Assembly: GCA_963795085.1 (NCBI GenBank)
Contig: CAWCFX010000002.1
Coordinates: 407,952 to 471,951, forward strand
Reading direction: 5' to 3'
From: an uncultured Gemmatimonadales bacterium
GTDB lineage: Bacteria > Gemmatimonadota > Gemmatimonadetes > Gemmatimonadales > GWC2-71-9
Length of the DNA stretch: 64,000 bases
Positions 62,795-64,000 of this stretch are shown in pieces. The position numbers and the translations under genes are program-made. The notes beneath the pieces were generated by a model. That model saw only the letters and a list, made by a program, of their open reading frames with translations. It was not told the DNA's origin and made no database searches. Each line of letters begins with the position of its first letter. The first letter of the stretch is position 1.

Positions 62795-64000
62795 ATGCCG
62801 CAAATGCCCCAGCCGGTTCCCATTTCCGAGGATCGTCTCAAGACGCTGGTCGAAGTGGGCCTGCTGCTGACGTCGGAATTGTCCCTCGACGGCGTGCTTC
62901 AGCGGCTGGCTGATAGCGCCGCCCGCCTGATCGGGGCGCGCTACGCCGCGATCGGAGTGCTCGACCCGACCGGGCGGGAACTGGAGGCCTTCCACACATC
63001 GGGGTTGACGCCCGAGGAGCGCGCCCGGATAGGGCCCCTCCCCCGGGGCCAGGGCATCCTGGGGGTGCTCATCCGGGAACCCCGGGTGCTCCGCCTCCCT
63101 GACCTCTCGCGGCACCCAGACTCTTACGGATTCCCCCCCAATCACCCACCGATGAACTCGTTCCTCGGCGCCCCGATTACCGGCCGGCGGGGCATCTTCG
63201 GCAACATCTACCTCACCGAGAAGCTGGGGGCCGAGAGCTTCACGCCCGAAGACGAGGGCCTCGTTGTCCTGCTCGCGGCGCAGGCCGCAGCGGCGGTGGA
63301 CAACGCGCGCCTCCACGAGGAGAGCGCCCGTCTGCTGGAAGAGGTCCAGGGGCTGCAGCGCTCGCGGGAGCGGTTCTTCGCCATGGTGAACCATGAGCTG
63401 CGCAACGCCCTCGCGGCCACGTTCGGATGGGCCGAGATGCTGGTCCGCCGCAAGGATCCCAAGGAAGTCCCCCGGGCCGCCTTTGAGGTCCTCGATGCCG
63501 CGGGGCAAGCCGTCGCGCTCATTAACGATCTGCTGGACCTGAGCCGGCTGGACGAAGACCGTCTCAAGCCGGTGTTTCGGGCCGTGGAGCCGGTGGCGCT
63601 TGTCCGCCGGACCGTCAGCCGGGTGACACCGGCCGCGGCCGCCCGGCACCTTCGACTGGCGCCTTCTTTCGAAGCCCGGCTTCCCGACCTGCATACCGAT
63701 GCCCACCGCGTCGAGCAGATCCTGGTCAACCTGCTGACCAATGCCATCCGGTACACACCGGATGGAGGCGAGGTGCGGGTTGAGGTCGCGAACCACCGGG
63801 ACCTGATCACGATCCGCATCGTGGACCAGGGGCCGGGCATTGAGCCCGCAGAGGTGGACCAGATCTTCGATATTTACGTGACCAAGGCGGACGAAGAGAG
63901 CCGGGGGAGCGGGCTGGGTCTGCCCCTGAGCCGGCGCCTGGCACAGGTGCTGGGCGGCGAACTCCGGGCGGTCGTACGCCCCGGCGAGGGCGGGATCTTT
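62795..64000 (+). CDS. DosS/DevS-type GAF sensor histidine kinase (3' end outside window; absent from ORF track)
   Basis: Manual translation: GARYAAIGV..RIGPLPRGQGILG..HPDSYGFPPNHPPMNSFLG; HELRN H-box; NLLTNAIRY; DQGPGI; GLGL. Confidence 0.9.
   Translation, partial: MPQMPQPVPISEDRLKTLVEVGLLLTSELSLDGVLQRLADSAARLIGARYAAIGVLDPTGRELEAFHTSGLTPEERARIGPLPRGQGILGVLIREPRVLRLPDLSRHPDSYGFPPNHPPMNSFLGAPITGRRGIFGNIYLTEKLGAESFTPEDEGLVVLLAAQAAAAVDNARLHEESARLLEEVQGLQRSRERFFAMVNHELRNALAATFGWAEMLVRRKDPKEVPRAAFEVLDAAGQAVALINDLLDLSRLDEDRLKPVFRAVEPVALVRRTVSRVTPAAAARHLRLAPSFEARLPDLHTDAHRVEQILVNLLTNAIRYTPDGGEVRVEVANHRDLITIRIVDQGPGIEPAEVDQIFDIYVTKADEESRGSGLGLPLSRRLAQVLGGELRAVVRPGEGGIF

Noticed and set aside
62759..63840. 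Minus-strand ORFs of 345 and 210 aa
   Set aside because: They are antisense to the GAF histidine kinase, which runs off the window.

Overview
High-GC bacterial window, most likely Gemmatimonadota (inferred from gene order and rRNA style, not checked against a database). Bases 1-30.4 kb are a minus-strand housekeeping run, in transcription order: era, trm112, a Clp-N/Ca2+:H+ antiporter fusion, REC-GGDEF, a zinc-ribbon protein, frameshifted prfB, lysS, lolCE/lolD, mcsA-mcsB-clpC, bamA-skp-lpxD-lpxC/fabZ-lpxA-(gnnA-like)-lpxB-DUF374-lpxK, gdh, rlmH, a methyltransferase, bshC, murJ and uvrC. Next come a Ni/Co permease, a CheB-CheR hybrid kinase and a complete tRNA-less 16S-23S-5S operon with tandem promoters. 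The accessory region after that holds an LVIVD protein, a MauG-type diheme enzyme, DUF1015-serA-serC, a MATE pump, a GxxExxY gene flanked by inverted repeats and several short-period repeat elements. The main finding (55.2-64 kb) is a four-gene porin-multiheme cytochrome cluster: a 9-heme lipoprotein, a 20-heme NapC-like membrane cytochrome, a probable beta-barrel and a 16-heme periplasmic cytochrome, about 45 heme motifs in total. It sits beside a universal stress protein and a DosS-type heme-GAF kinase, and is a candidate hypoxia-regulated extracellular electron transfer conduit.
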